From Oculatellaceae cyanobacterium bins.114 (lineage in GTDB: Bacteria; Cyanobacteriota; Cyanobacteriia; Elainellales; Elainellaceae), in the NCBI GenBank assembly GCA_033764315.1, contig JANRJA010000229.1, positions 1-64,000 on the forward strand: a stretch of 64,000 bases of DNA, written 5' to 3'. A program made the position numbers and the translations under genes. The notes beneath the pieces are model-generated. The model saw nothing but the letters and a program-made list of their open reading frames with translations. It did not search any database and was not told where the DNA came from. Positions within the stretch are counted from its first letter, which is position 1. Each line of letters starts with the position of its first letter. Below are positions 1-9,086 of the stretch, in pieces.

Positions 1-140
1 TACAGTTCATGGCTCCTTATGCTGAAATCGTTACCCAATTACTTCAACTCTCACCCCACAAGTGGCAGTATTATCGCAAGGGTATGAGGGCGATGAAGCT
101 TGTCCAGTCTGCTTTGTAGCTACTCTTGTCACCCCGTCAG
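1..140 (+). mobile_element. Right end of an IS4-family-like insertion sequence (transposase C-terminus at 3..119 plus terminal sequence TTGTCACCCCGTCAG ending at 140), truncated by the window edge
   Basis: Plus-strand frame from 3 reads QFMAPYAEIVTQLLQLSPHKWQYYRKGMRAMKLVQSAL*, resembling C-termini of cyanobacterial IS4-type transposases. The cas3-like frame on the minus strand loses its recognisable character at this point. Confidence 0.65.
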
Positions 141-288
141 AGAAGCGACACCAGTTTTTTCCCCATCGTTTATCAAGTCGGAAGATTTGAGTCGCACAAG
201 CTTCTGTATCCCGCAAGTGCTTTTCTAGGGTGATTTCTTTTGTCCCTCGTTTACTTTTGGCTAAAAGCCTCTCTGGCAGTTTAGGCAT
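141..288 (-). pseudogene. cas3: 5' fragment of CRISPR-associated Cas3 (HD-domain start), interrupted by the IS
   Basis: ATG at 288 overlaps the cas6 stop. MPKLPERLLAKSKRGTKEITLEKHLRDT matches the LLAKS...TL..HL.D start of Cas3 HD domains. After NWCRF the frame runs into IS sequence and stops at 31. Confidence 0.7.
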
Positions 289-955
289 CGTAAAACCTCC
301 AGGCGCGAGGAAATGCAGTAAAAATTCCGCACCCCATGCGATGTTTGCCACCTAAGCCAGTTGCTTGAAGTTTGATTGAATCTTCATCGCTTAGCCCCAT
401 GATCGCTAGGCTAAATCCAATCACAGAGTAAGTTTTGATTTTGATTGCCTTACGGTTAGGCTCTCCGGCTTCATTCAGTGGAATAAACAGGTTGCCTTGA
501 ATGCCCAACGCATCTAGTTGACGTTGAGCAGCTTCTAGAAATGGCTCAGGTTCTTGGAATTTCTTAATTGTGACAATGCGCGATCGCAGCTTATCCACTG
601 GTCGCAGGGCATGAATTTGAGGAATGCCCAATTGAATGGCATGACTGCCGATAACTAAACGTTGCCCCGCCAGTGGCAGTACCAAAGCAATCTTCTCAGG
701 CTCATATGGTAGCCGAATTCTTAATTGAGATTGACGGGAAAGATAAATCTTGCCTTGCTTATCAGGTTCCCCAGAAATAGTCTGAATACTGACTCCTTCC
801 TGCTCATGAATATCAGGACAGAGATGGGCGATCGCGCTATACAACCCATATCCATGATCGGCGGGCAACGTTTGCCCAATGACACCAAAACTCAGTTTCA
901 CATAAGGCAAGTTCAGCAAACCTGATCCGCTTGGATTGAACTCAGTTGACAGCAT
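281..955 (-). CDS. cas6: CRISPR-associated endoribonuclease Cas6 (type I-MYXAN/Cmx6-like)
   Basis: N-terminal LPADHGYGLYSAI motif and C-terminal glycine-rich loop GLGGKHRMGCGIF; lies between the WYL gene and cas3. Confidence 0.9.
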   Translation of the reverse strand: MLSTEFNPSGSGLLNLPYVKLSFGVIGQTLPADHGYGLYSAIAHLCPDIHEQEGVSIQTISGEPDKQGKIYLSRQSQLRIRLPYEPEKIALVLPLAGQRLVIGSHAIQLGIPQIHALRPVDKLRSRIVTIKKFQEPEPFLEAAQRQLDALGIQGNLFIPLNEAGEPNRKAIKIKTYSVIGFSLAIMGLSDEDSIKLQATGLGGKHRMGCGIFTAFPRAWRFYDA

Positions 956-1943
956 CTTTCTCTCCTAGAGAATTTAAGTAATTATAGTTCATTTGTTCTA
1001 TTTCATCCCGCACAAGTTTAATCAACTCCGGTGGCTCTCGCACGATCGCCCCCTTGCCGTAACCCAAAATCCACCGTTTCAGATCATTCATCCCCCTCAC
1101 CAACATATGCAGCGTCAGCGACCCATCCTCATGTTCTTGAATGTCTTGAGTTGGATGCCAGCGTCGCTCTCGAATGTAAGGAGCCGTCGCCTTATCAAAC
1201 CAAATAGATACTGGCTGCGGTACGCCCCCTGCCTCGTGCTGAAATATCATCTCCAAGTGGTCTCTGGCATCAAAGGTTGGGTCAGGCACAAACGTTTCTG
1301 CAAGTACCTGAATTGACTTGATGCGATCGACTCGAAACCAGCGAATCTCCTGCCGTTGATGGCAGTAGCCGATCACATACGGATTTGTTCCCCGGTAGAT
1401 ATGGAGAACATAGGGGTCAAGCTTGCGATCGGATGTAGCATCACGGCTGGCGGTGTAATAGGTCATCTGCACCATCTTCTGACTCTGGCAAGCCTCTTCA
1501 AGCTGATGCCACACATCTGGATTGAGATCAATGGCTGCACCAGAGCGAAACAAGATCCGCTCATCTGCCAGTTGTTGCAGGTCTACCCAGCTTTGTTCGG
1601 GGAGCCGCTCACTTAGCCGATTGATGGCAGAGCGCAGATCTTGGGCATAGGGCGAACCTGCATAAGCCTCCAACATCCTCGCTCCGATGGTCAGCGCAAA
1701 CAGTTCCCCCTTGCTGAGGGTGATAGTCGGCAACCGCCATTCCGAGTCAGTGTAGTGATAGCCCTGCTGTTTGTTGAACTCAATTGGTGCATGGTAGCGA
1801 TCGCGCAAGAAGTCGATGTCACTACGAATCGTGCGTTCGCTAACTTCTAGTTGCTCCGCAAGAGTCTGAGCGGTATAACGTTGTTTAGATCGGAGCAGGG
1901 CATCAAGATTCAGCAATCGTTCAATGTGACGAGACATATCCAA
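942..1943 (-). CDS. HTH-WYL-WCX transcriptional regulator (YafY/PafBC-like) of the cas operon
   Basis: N-terminal HTH (LAEQLEVSERTIRSDIDFLRD), WYL core (YVIGYCHQRQEIRWFRVDRI), C-terminal WILGYG; overlaps the cas6 start. Confidence 0.9.
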   Translation of the reverse strand: MDMSRHIERLLNLDALLRSKQRYTAQTLAEQLEVSERTIRSDIDFLRDRYHAPIEFNKQQGYHYTDSEWRLPTITLSKGELFALTIGARMLEAYAGSPYAQDLRSAINRLSERLPEQSWVDLQQLADERILFRSGAAIDLNPDVWHQLEEACQSQKMVQMTYYTASRDATSDRKLDPYVLHIYRGTNPYVIGYCHQRQEIRWFRVDRIKSIQVLAETFVPDPTFDARDHLEMIFQHEAGGVPQPVSIWFDKATAPYIRERRWHPTQDIQEHEDGSLTLHMLVRGMNDLKRWILGYGKGAIVREPPELIKLVRDEIEQMNYNYLNSLGEKDAVN

Positions 1944-2222
1944 TACCAGGCGATTGAGACCAGCTTACGGAACGTACCCTGCAAAATTGCTTCCGGGTTG
2001 CAGGGATGAAGCAAAATTTTTTCCGTTGCCGATATCGGTATTGGATTTGGCATCAATGTCTCTGAAAGCTACGATGGGGGCGATGGTCATATGACCTTTC
2101 GGAGTCTTCCCGTTTTAGCCTTGATGACCACATTCCTACCCTGTTTTTAACATCCTCTTAATATTGGTTTTAGGAATAACAATGGCTCTTCCGCAAAGCA
2201 ATCTATGCTTTCTTGAGGCTTG

Positions 2223-3206
2223 CTAGATCGCTTGGTTGCCCCCTTCAAATTCCTGCTGAGTGTCGTTTAGTTGTCCTTCATTGAGGGTAAAGCCCCAATC
2301 AGAGCGGCGATCGCAAAGAGTTTGGATAGAGTTGGGGTAGCAGGAATAGTGCTGCCGCAGTTTGAAATAGGCAATTTCTCGGCTTCCACCAAGAAGCATC
2401 CAATCGATTTCTTGCTCAACTTCTCTCTCATTAAAGAAAATAGTGTTGCTTGGTGGCGGAACTTTGCTCCCTATCGAGTTAGAGTGTTGCTCACTCAAAA
2501 ATTGACGTTGATTGGCAGGAATACAGCTCTGTGCTTCAATCCACTGCTCGATAAGGATAGGAGGTTCTTTGAGTTGTTTCGCTTTGCTGCGAAGCCACTT
2601 ATCGTAATCGGGTGCAATTTTGCGTGACTGTTTATCCGTCGATTCAAAAAAGAGTAAGCCAGGTACAGACAAATCTTGATTTTTATCGATCTCTCTCTCC
2701 TCTTTGAGAGAGTATGGATTAGTATGATTTTTATGAGAAAGGCTGGAAGCCTTGTCCTGCAATGTTTCTAAGACGAAATCTGAATCTTCGGATCGATTTG
2801 TCGTCTCGTGGATCAATTTGCCGTTTTCTGGATCAGTTTGTCGGCGATTGGATCGATTTGTCATCTTCCGAATCGTTTTGCCCGTAGAAAAATTGCATAT
2901 CTTCTCTGAAAGTGTTGTATTTCTCGCCTTCCAACGTTTGAGATCTATTTCAAATAGACCACAATCGTTGAGACGTCGCGCAGCACGTTTAACAGTTACA
3001 GGATCGATTCCCAGAGCTATGGCAATTTCGGTAGGAGTTGGTAGTTCAACCCAGCGATCGCCGTAAGGATCCAGAATACAGAGATAAAGCCAGAGCTTAT
3101 ATTGAGTACCCGAAAGATCACAGGAGCAAGCAAATTGAATAACCTCATTCAGTATTTGGGTAAAAGCGTGACGTTTGGGTAGCTTTGAAATTTTGGACCG
3201 TGTCAT
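2223..3206 (-). CDS. HTH-containing putative replication initiator of a mobile element
   Basis: N-terminal winged-HTH-like segment (PTEIAIALGIDPVTVKRAARRL) followed by a low-complexity region that carries DNA-level 20-bp repeats. Confidence 0.55.
   Translation of the reverse strand: MTRSKISKLPKRHAFTQILNEVIQFACSCDLSGTQYKLWLYLCILDPYGDRWVELPTPTEIAIALGIDPVTVKRAARRLNDCGLFEIDLKRWKARNTTLSEKICNFSTGKTIRKMTNRSNRRQTDPENGKLIHETTNRSEDSDFVLETLQDKASSLSHKNHTNPYSLKEEREIDKNQDLSVPGLLFFESTDKQSRKIAPDYDKWLRSKAKQLKEPPILIEQWIEAQSCIPANQRQFLSEQHSNSIGSKVPPPSNTIFFNEREVEQEIDWMLLGGSREIAYFKLRQHYSCYPNSIQTLCDRRSDWGFTLNEGQLNDTQQEFEGGNQAI
2790..2889. repeat. Five tandem 20-bp iteron-like repeats (core GGATCRRTTTGYC)
   Basis: Units start at 2790 (ggatcgatttgtc), 2810 (ggatcaatttgcc), 2830 (ggatcagtttgtc), 2850 (ggatcgatttgtc) and 2870 (gaatcgttttgcc); the period is exactly 20 bp. 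Confidence 0.8.
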
Positions 3207-3232
3207 AATGGTGATCAGAATAAATGTGTGAT

Positions 3233-3268
3233 CGCCCCGTGGATTAAAGCAAACGGGGCGGTTTTTTT
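3233..3268 (+). terminator. Rho-independent terminator-like hairpin
   Basis: cgccccgt-N12-acggggcg followed by a T-run on the plus strand. Confidence 0.5.
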
Positions 3269-3476
3269 GTCAATTCTCCGAATCGGGAGTTGCAAGCAGG
3301 TGAGCGCAACCTATTGTTAATTAACCGCAAAGTAGAGCGGTATTCTCTCCACTCAATATTCTCTAAACTGCTGAAGTTCTTGTTGGAAGAAACTGAGATT
3401 TTAGCGATCGCACTCTCTGCTAGTGATCGTCTTCTCTTGAGTTTACTTTACGGTTATAGAATTGAAAATTATCTAG

Positions 3477-3728
3477 TTAGGGACTTCTACTTTGCTCTAA
3501 ATCTTGAAGGTAATTCTCAATTGCCTTTTGGTGAAGATCGGGAAAATTTCTAGTCGCAAGCCAATCTAGGCAAAGATTTTGATTGTAACGGATTGTACGT
3601 GAGTTTAGGCGCACGAAATGAATCCCTTCAGACCAAAATTTCTTTCGGATTGATTTCAAGGTGTGTGGGCTGAAACCTAGAGCAGCAGACAACTCTGCTT
3701 TGGTGCAAAAATTAGAAGTATTACCCAT
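3477..3728 (-). CDS. Excisionase-like small HTH DNA-binding protein
   Basis: AELSAALGFSPHTLKSIRKKFWSEGIHFVRLNSRTIRYN resembles cyanobacterial excisionase/AlpA-type proteins; ATG at 3728 is preferred over the ORF-track start. Confidence 0.65.
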   Translation of the reverse strand: MGNTSNFCTKAELSAALGFSPHTLKSIRKKFWSEGIHFVRLNSRTIRYNQNLCLDWLATRNFPDLHQKAIENYLQDLEQSRSP

Positions 3729-3740
3729 TGTTGTTGCCTC

Positions 3741-3783
3741 AAAAAACAAAACGGGAGCTAGCGTATTAGTACTAGCTCCCGTT
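3741..3783 (-). terminator. Hairpin plus U-tract immediately upstream of the excisionase-like gene
   Basis: 12-bp inverted repeat aacgggagctag / ctagctcccgtt, followed on the minus strand by a T-rich tract. Confidence 0.5.
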
Positions 3784-4706
3784 AGGGTTACCTGAAATAT
3801 TTAATTTTTTTGAGTAAATTAGAAGTTCTAGAATTAGAGTTAGAACTCTAAATTAACCTAAAGAAGTGAGGAAAACTCTCTTCTTCTCTAAACTACTATA
3901 ATTCTAAGACTAACGCAAGCTTTATCTACTCTTTTTTCCAAATTAAGATTCATCCTCTTTAAGAGCTTGTTTTCGCTATTTAGGAACTGTATTTAGTGCA
4001 ACACTCGTTATCATGCCAACTTGTGTTGCGGTCTTGAGGAAGTTTCATACATTTTGGGCGAAACTCTGGAGAAAAAACTTTTGGTTTTCCCTTAGCAATG
4101 GATTTCTCTTGCTTAATGCCTAACTTTATCAATCCAACCACTAATTGTATAAATTGACACCCCTGTTATAGATTCAACAGTTTTGTAGGAGTATCCTTGT
4201 TTTGAGCATTCAAATCAAAGGTAAGAATAACTTGCCCGATCGGCTGGAGATTACAGCACTAACAAAGTTTTGGGAGGCGTTACAGTGTCAACCTGGGAAT
4301 TTACTCTGGCACATCCCAAATGAGCAGTGAGGCGATCGCCAATGAATTACTGGATGCATGGCAAGTCGGTTTAACTGGGGGACGAACAGATACTTGCGGC
4401 AGCTGTCTGTGTTTGTAATCGCTGGATTGAAAGTTTCCCTTCTCAGTCCGAAAGGTTTTATCTTTTGAAAGATATTTGGATACGGTCAGTAAAGCGATAC
4501 ATAATCGAACAGGAAGTTTTTGTAGTGATCTTACGGTTCAGTGTTTCTCTTTGGAAGAGTTTTATATAACCCTTCTATTGATTTCTATTTATAGTTGGGT
4601 TATATATTACTTAAATCATCAATTTCTCCATTCATATTTTGAGAACCCCAACGGGACTCGTTGACTGCAATAGTTAGCGGGTCCCTAATTTTTTGAGGTA
4701 AGTTTC

Positions 4707-4997
4707 ATGCCCAATTCTAGAAGAATTCGTAAAAAACGTTGCTCTAATTGCACAAGAAATCAAAAAAAGAATGTGCGCTCAATGCGTGGGGTGCCAGAGA
4801 ACAATTATGGAGAAGTGAAGAAGGTGTCATCTTTTAGCCTCACACCTACAGCTGTCAATTTGTTAAAGGATACTAGTCGAGATTTAAATATTTCTACTAG
4901 TGAATTGTTGGAGCGATTTGCTCGTTTAGGTGCAGAGCTAAAAGATAGCTTGAGGCAGGAGTTAGTCCAGGCTAAGGCTTTGACTGAAAGTACTTAG
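4707..4997 (+). CDS. Ribbon-helix-helix (CopG-like) DNA-binding protein
   Basis: VSSFSLTPTAVNLLKDTSRDLNISTSELLERFAR fits the RHH pattern; GAGG ribosome-binding site upstream. Confidence 0.6.
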   Translation: MPNSRRIRKKRCSNCTRNQKKNVRSMRGVPENNYGEVKKVSSFSLTPTAVNLLKDTSRDLNISTSELLERFARLGAELKDSLRQELVQAKALTEST

Positions 4998-5376
4998 GAG
5001 GTATGTAAACCCTAATTCTTGAGTTTTAGCTGTGTTCTTCTAAATAGTACCTTTTATAGAAGAGCTTAATAAACCTAAGAATTGGATAGCTGAGGAATTA
5101 TTAATGACCACTTATGTATTGGAAAAATCGCAATTATTTATTGAAGACTTCTTCTAGGTTTTCTTCAGAACATATGCTGCATCAATACTTAGGCTTTATA
5201 TAGCAAATATCCAACAGGAACGTAAGAGAAGAACAATGCTATACTTCTATTTAATATTATTAATAAATATCCAAATTTACCTACTAATTTCTGATATTTA
5301 TTCTACAAGTTTTCAGGTTATTAATAATACCTAAACTGCAATTTGATGAGCCAAAAGCAACAAAAGAGGATTTATT

Positions 5377-7470
5377 ATGGTGGACGTTCAAAATTTACTG
5401 GATGCCTTTTTAGATATTGAAGAGGTTGTTAAAGATCTCCATGGTGAGCAAGCAGCTCAATCCAAAAACAACGAGTTAAGAACGCTTCGCAGACGGTTTC
5501 TTGCCTCAGCCTGTAAGAAGGCACCTATTACAACCGATCGCAAAATGACGGAGGAAACAGGGAAAGAAGCAGACGAATGTTTGAGAAATCAACCTATTAA
5601 GCGATTGCTCAAGCTGCAGAGTGATTTGCAATCAGGATTTGATTTGATGAATGCTTCTCGCGCCAGCCGTAATACCTATAGTGCCAGACTTGAATGGTTT
5701 CTAAATTTGGCAAAGGAGTGCCCTTGGTGGCCCAACAGTCAAACCGTCAACATCCAAAATCAGTGCCGCCCTGGTCGTCACGTGAGTGGGCGGCGACACT
5801 ATTCTGATTTACCTCTAACGGTTCGCAGTGGGCAGTACGAGCAGTATCGACTAAGGGAAGAGGAAACACCACCTCATTTACAGCCTGAATTGGAGGACTT
5901 TTACTGCTTCCTAGTTGCTCCGGTTTATCCCAAACGCGTATGTGATGCGGTCAAGGATTCAACTGCTGACACTTATCTCAAAGATATTCGGCTGGAGCTA
6001 GGGTATTGGCATCATATTCGAGGTATGCCGTTAGAAGAGTTGACCTTGGATTGCTTGGTTCCTCTTGTTACCGAGGAACAGTTAGAGGGGTTGTCTCATC
6101 GAGAGCAGCAGAATCTTTGGGATGAGAAACAATTGCACATTGAGGAGTGGACTGAGGAATATTTTCAGGAAATTCAGCGGCGCAATAATTCCTTGAGTCC
6201 GAGGACTAAAAACGGCAAGCTTTTGGCACTACAAAGGTTGGCGCATTATCGTTATCGTCATCAGGTTAGACGAAAGCGTGACTACGATACCATTCCTGTC
6301 ATGAGCGTCATTCAGGAGAAGATTGGCCAGATTGTTAAAGTGATCAAGAAGTGGCAGAAGACCCGCACCTATGTTGCCAATCAAGATCGGAAGTGGCCTG
6401 ATGTTGTTGAGGGAGAGACTGCCCTAACCACTCTGCGGCGTACAGTAGTGGAGCCGTTGCGTTTGGAAACTCGCCCACGTCGTAAAAACGCAGCATTTCG
6501 TGAGGGACATGCCATTGCAAAATCGACCCAACACTATCTGAAATGGGCGTTTGTGTCGGACGTTCCGCCGCGACGGCAGTTTGACCTTCGTACCACTAAA
6601 GTGGCTCTAAGTTGTCCATTAAAGCGTCCAGATGACGTGCCGATTGATGGCTACTATTTTCCACTGCCGCCACCTGCGGTTCGTGACAAAGATCATGATG
6701 GAACTGTGGCTGACAACTATCTCTACAAAACCTATATTCATAAAGGAAAACTTTACCCAGAAGGGATATGGGTTTTGGAGCTTTGCTCCTTTAAGACGGA
6801 CGAAACTTACGGGGTGTACTCAATGGTGATTCCGAATCGGCAGTTTGGGGACGATACGCACTTCTACGAGTATCTAGAGCATTATCTGTGTGGATGGTGG
6901 ATGCCAGGAAAGTTCTACAAGCGCCACCGTTACACTTGGTGGGATGCCAAACTTAAAGGACAAGTGGGGCATTGGATTACAAAGGGGTGGATGGAGTTTG
7001 AACCAAAGGATCTGGAAGTTGTGGAGGAGCCAAGGGGACCTCTATGGCGGTGGGGTTACTTGTTTCCGTTACCAGAAACGGGAGAACAGGGTGATGGAAC
7101 AACTTTTGGTGGCTCCTACTTGAGAACTTCCTATCACCTGATTGGGAAACGCATCACACCCCATATGGTGCGCTATTTTTGGGCTACTTGGGCATTCCAG
7201 GTTGGATTAACCGATCGGCAGTTGGAGTCCCTCGCGTATGCAATGGGTCACAGTGTCAAAGCATTGCGAGAAATGTACGAGCGGTGTACGCCGGAGGAGA
7301 AGCTTCGTCCCATTTTTGAGGTAATCGATCGCTTGCTATTCGAGAAATTGGAAGAACCCCCAACTGATGAGAAGGTAGACGAGCGTATTCCGATGCGGTT
7401 AGTGGCGGAGCTACGAAAACTTAGCCCAGAAGAGCGACAACAAATCATGCAGATGGTTGAGAGTGCTTAG
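5377..7470 (+). CDS. Large divergent tyrosine recombinase/integrase-like protein
   Basis: PPRRQFDLR (catalytic R), ITPHMVRYFWAT (HxxR) and LAYAMGHSVKALREMY (H...Y) motifs; AGAGG ribosome-binding site upstream. Confidence 0.7.
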   Translation: MVDVQNLLDAFLDIEEVVKDLHGEQAAQSKNNELRTLRRRFLASACKKAPITTDRKMTEETGKEADECLRNQPIKRLLKLQSDLQSGFDLMNASRASRNTYSARLEWFLNLAKECPWWPNSQTVNIQNQCRPGRHVSGRRHYSDLPLTVRSGQYEQYRLREEETPPHLQPELEDFYCFLVAPVYPKRVCDAVKDSTADTYLKDIRLELGYWHHIRGMPLEELTLDCLVPLVTEEQLEGLSHREQQNLWDEKQLHIEEWTEEYFQEIQRRNNSLSPRTKNGKLLALQRLAHYRYRHQVRRKRDYDTIPVMSVIQEKIGQIVKVIKKWQKTRTYVANQDRKWPDVVEGETALTTLRRTVVEPLRLETRPRRKNAAFREGHAIAKSTQHYLKWAFVSDVPPRRQFDLRTTKVALSCPLKRPDDVPIDGYYFPLPPPAVRDKDHDGTVADNYLYKTYIHKGKLYPEGIWVLELCSFKTDETYGVYSMVIPNRQFGDDTHFYEYLEHYLCGWWMPGKFYKRHRYTWWDAKLKGQVGHWITKGWMEFEPKDLEVVEEPRGPLWRWGYLFPLPETGEQGDGTTFGGSYLRTSYHLIGKRITPHMVRYFWATWAFQVGLTDRQLESLAYAMGHSVKALREMYERCTPEEKLRPIFEVIDRLLFEKLEEPPTDEKVDERIPMRLVAELRKLSPEERQQIMQMVESA

Positions 7471-7493
7471 ATGAGGGGCGATCGCTTGCCATA

Positions 7494-7586
7494 GACCCAA
7501 CGCGATCGGTCACATCCATTTGTGAGCATTTGAAAATAAGCCGTCCTACTTTCTACCGCTATATCCGCCCAGAAATTAAGGGTTAG
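7494..7586 (+). pseudogene. Remnant of a serine resolvase/invertase C-terminal HTH
   Basis: Translates DPTRSVTSICEHLKISRPTFYRYIRPEIKG*, a Hin/resolvase-type HTH, with no start codon or catalytic domain nearby. Confidence 0.5.
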
Positions 7587-7713
7587 TGTCGGCAGCTATA
7601 ACAATAACGAGTTCACTTGTCGTAACGAAAAAGTTAATAGAAACTCACAAAATCACAAAAAATTTCGAGGCGCTTTGCGCCAAAAAGAGTAAGAGGGTAA
7701 AAGAGAGAAAGGG

Positions 7714-8541
7714 TTACGGAAGAGCCCTGGGGAAACTACAGACAACCCGAAAACCAAGGAGGTCGTTGGTCCCGCGCGGGTTGTAGTAGTCGCGAGTGGC
7801 AGAACGGCAATTCCTCGGAATGCTGCCCCAGGAACCGCCGCGAATTACTCGTGCAGTATCTTCATCATCACTTAACCAGGCACTACCATCGGTGGGGGCA
7901 CCCTCATAGTTGCTATGCCAGTGATCTTGGCACCACTCCCACACATTCCCATGCATGTCCGACAATCCCCAGGCGTTAGCAAACTCAAAGTGGTCTACTG
8001 GGGTTGTTTTTTCCCGGTATTCACCTTCAGGACTGTTGTTGTAAGTTTTGGTGCCATCATAGTTAACGACTTCAGGGGTAATAATTGAGCCAAAGTAAAA
8101 TGGCGTTTTGGTGCCAGCCCGACAGGCATATTCCCATTCCGCTTCGCTGGGCAGCCGATAGGCTCGTTTGGTATAGGCTGACAGGCGTTGGCAAAACTCC
8201 ACGGCGTCATACCAGCTTACTTGCTCTACTGGCAGGGTATCCCCTTTGAAATTTGAGGGATCTGGGTTGAGTTCTTGTTTAACGGGTGTCAATCCTGCTA
8301 CAAATCGCCATTGCGCCTGGGTTACAGGATATCGCCCCATACAGAAGTCTGAAACGTTGACTAAATGCTGAGGTCTTTCATCATCGTATCGTTCAGGCTC
8401 ATCCTCAGGGGAACCCATCTCAAACTGTCCACCGGGTATTACAATCATGTCCAGTCCAACGCTGTTGGCTAGCGACTCGGTGAAGTATTGAGCTTGTCTA
8501 TTTTCTGGGCGCAGTGTCAGTTCTACCATGCCAGACATCAA
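7714..8541 (-). CDS. DGR target 1: stand-alone FGE-sulfatase (C-type lectin fold) domain protein
   Basis: F.MGSP, RLPSEAEWEYACRAG, DMHGNVWEWC and RGGSW...GFRVV motifs; the C-terminus carries VR1. Confidence 0.92.
   Translation of the reverse strand: MMSGMVELTLRPENRQAQYFTESLANSVGLDMIVIPGGQFEMGSPEDEPERYDDERPQHLVNVSDFCMGRYPVTQAQWRFVAGLTPVKQELNPDPSNFKGDTLPVEQVSWYDAVEFCQRLSAYTKRAYRLPSEAEWEYACRAGTKTPFYFGSIITPEVVNYDGTKTYNNSPEGEYREKTTPVDHFEFANAWGLSDMHGNVWEWCQDHWHSNYEGAPTDGSAWLSDDEDTARVIRGGSWGSIPRNCRSATRDYYNPRGTNDLLGFRVVCSFPRALP
7727..7842 (-). repeat. DGR variable repeat VR1
   Basis: 116-bp match to the TR with 12 mismatches by manual alignment, all at TR adenines (coding strand). Confidence 0.95.
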
Positions 8542-8712
8542 TCAAGACTCGAGGGGTCAGCTAACACTTCAGCGAACTTACCAAGCTAACTGACCCAGTT
8601 TGATTTTCGGATACGGCTATCTTAATGATGAAGCGCATTACAGGAGCAGGTCTGGACTCTTCTAAACACGCCCGACAGATATCCCACCTGCCGGTTCTGG
8701 CCAGGAAGAGTG

Positions 8713-8828
8713 CTGGGGAAACTACAGACAACCCGAAAACCAAGGTTGTTGTTGGTTTCGCGCGGGTTGTTGTTGTTGCGAGTGGCAGAACGGCAATTCC
8801 TCGGATTGTTGTTCCAGGAACCGCCGCG
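8713..8828 (-). ncRNA. DGR template repeat (TR)
   Basis: Intergenic copy of the target 3' ends reading [38 protein letters not shown] with 11 AAY codons; sits just downstream of the RT gene. Confidence 0.95.
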
Positions 8829-8900
8829 TTTGCCGGCCTGCCCCACGACTATCCTATCGCACCCACCTGGTGTTATCTCTTTTCACACTGCTTCCAGTTT

Positions 8901-9068
8901 GCCATTCCCACGTTTTCTCTTCCGTCATTCCCACGTTTTCTCTTACGTCATTCACGCGTAGGCGGAAATATAGGCTGTTGGAATGGTTAATAGTGGATTC
9001 CCATTTTCATGGGAATGACGAGGCAAAAGTTCACGGGAATGACGGGGCAAAAGTTCACGGGAATGATG
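8901..9068. repeat. REP-like palindrome cluster (GTCATTCCC-N8-GGGAATCCA family) with tandem half-copies
   Basis: Full copy at 8993-9020, degenerate copy near 8946-8968, tandem cattcccacgttttctctt units and 24-bp gggaatgac...aaagttcac units. Confidence 0.8.
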
Positions 9069-9086
9069 AGCAAAAGGGGCGATCGC

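Noticed and set aside
31-351. 106-aa ORF as an intact gene
   Set aside because: It is a chimera of a cas6-overlapping extension, the cas3 5' fragment (from 288) and read-through into the IS end.
1-7470. CRISPR-associated transposon (CAST)
   Set aside because: No tnsA/B/C or tniQ is visible; a cas3 start is present and the recombinases are tyrosine-type.
8622-8846. 74-aa Asn-rich ORF as a protein-coding gene
   Set aside because: It is the open frame of the template repeat (AAY codons) and is most simply non-coding template RNA.
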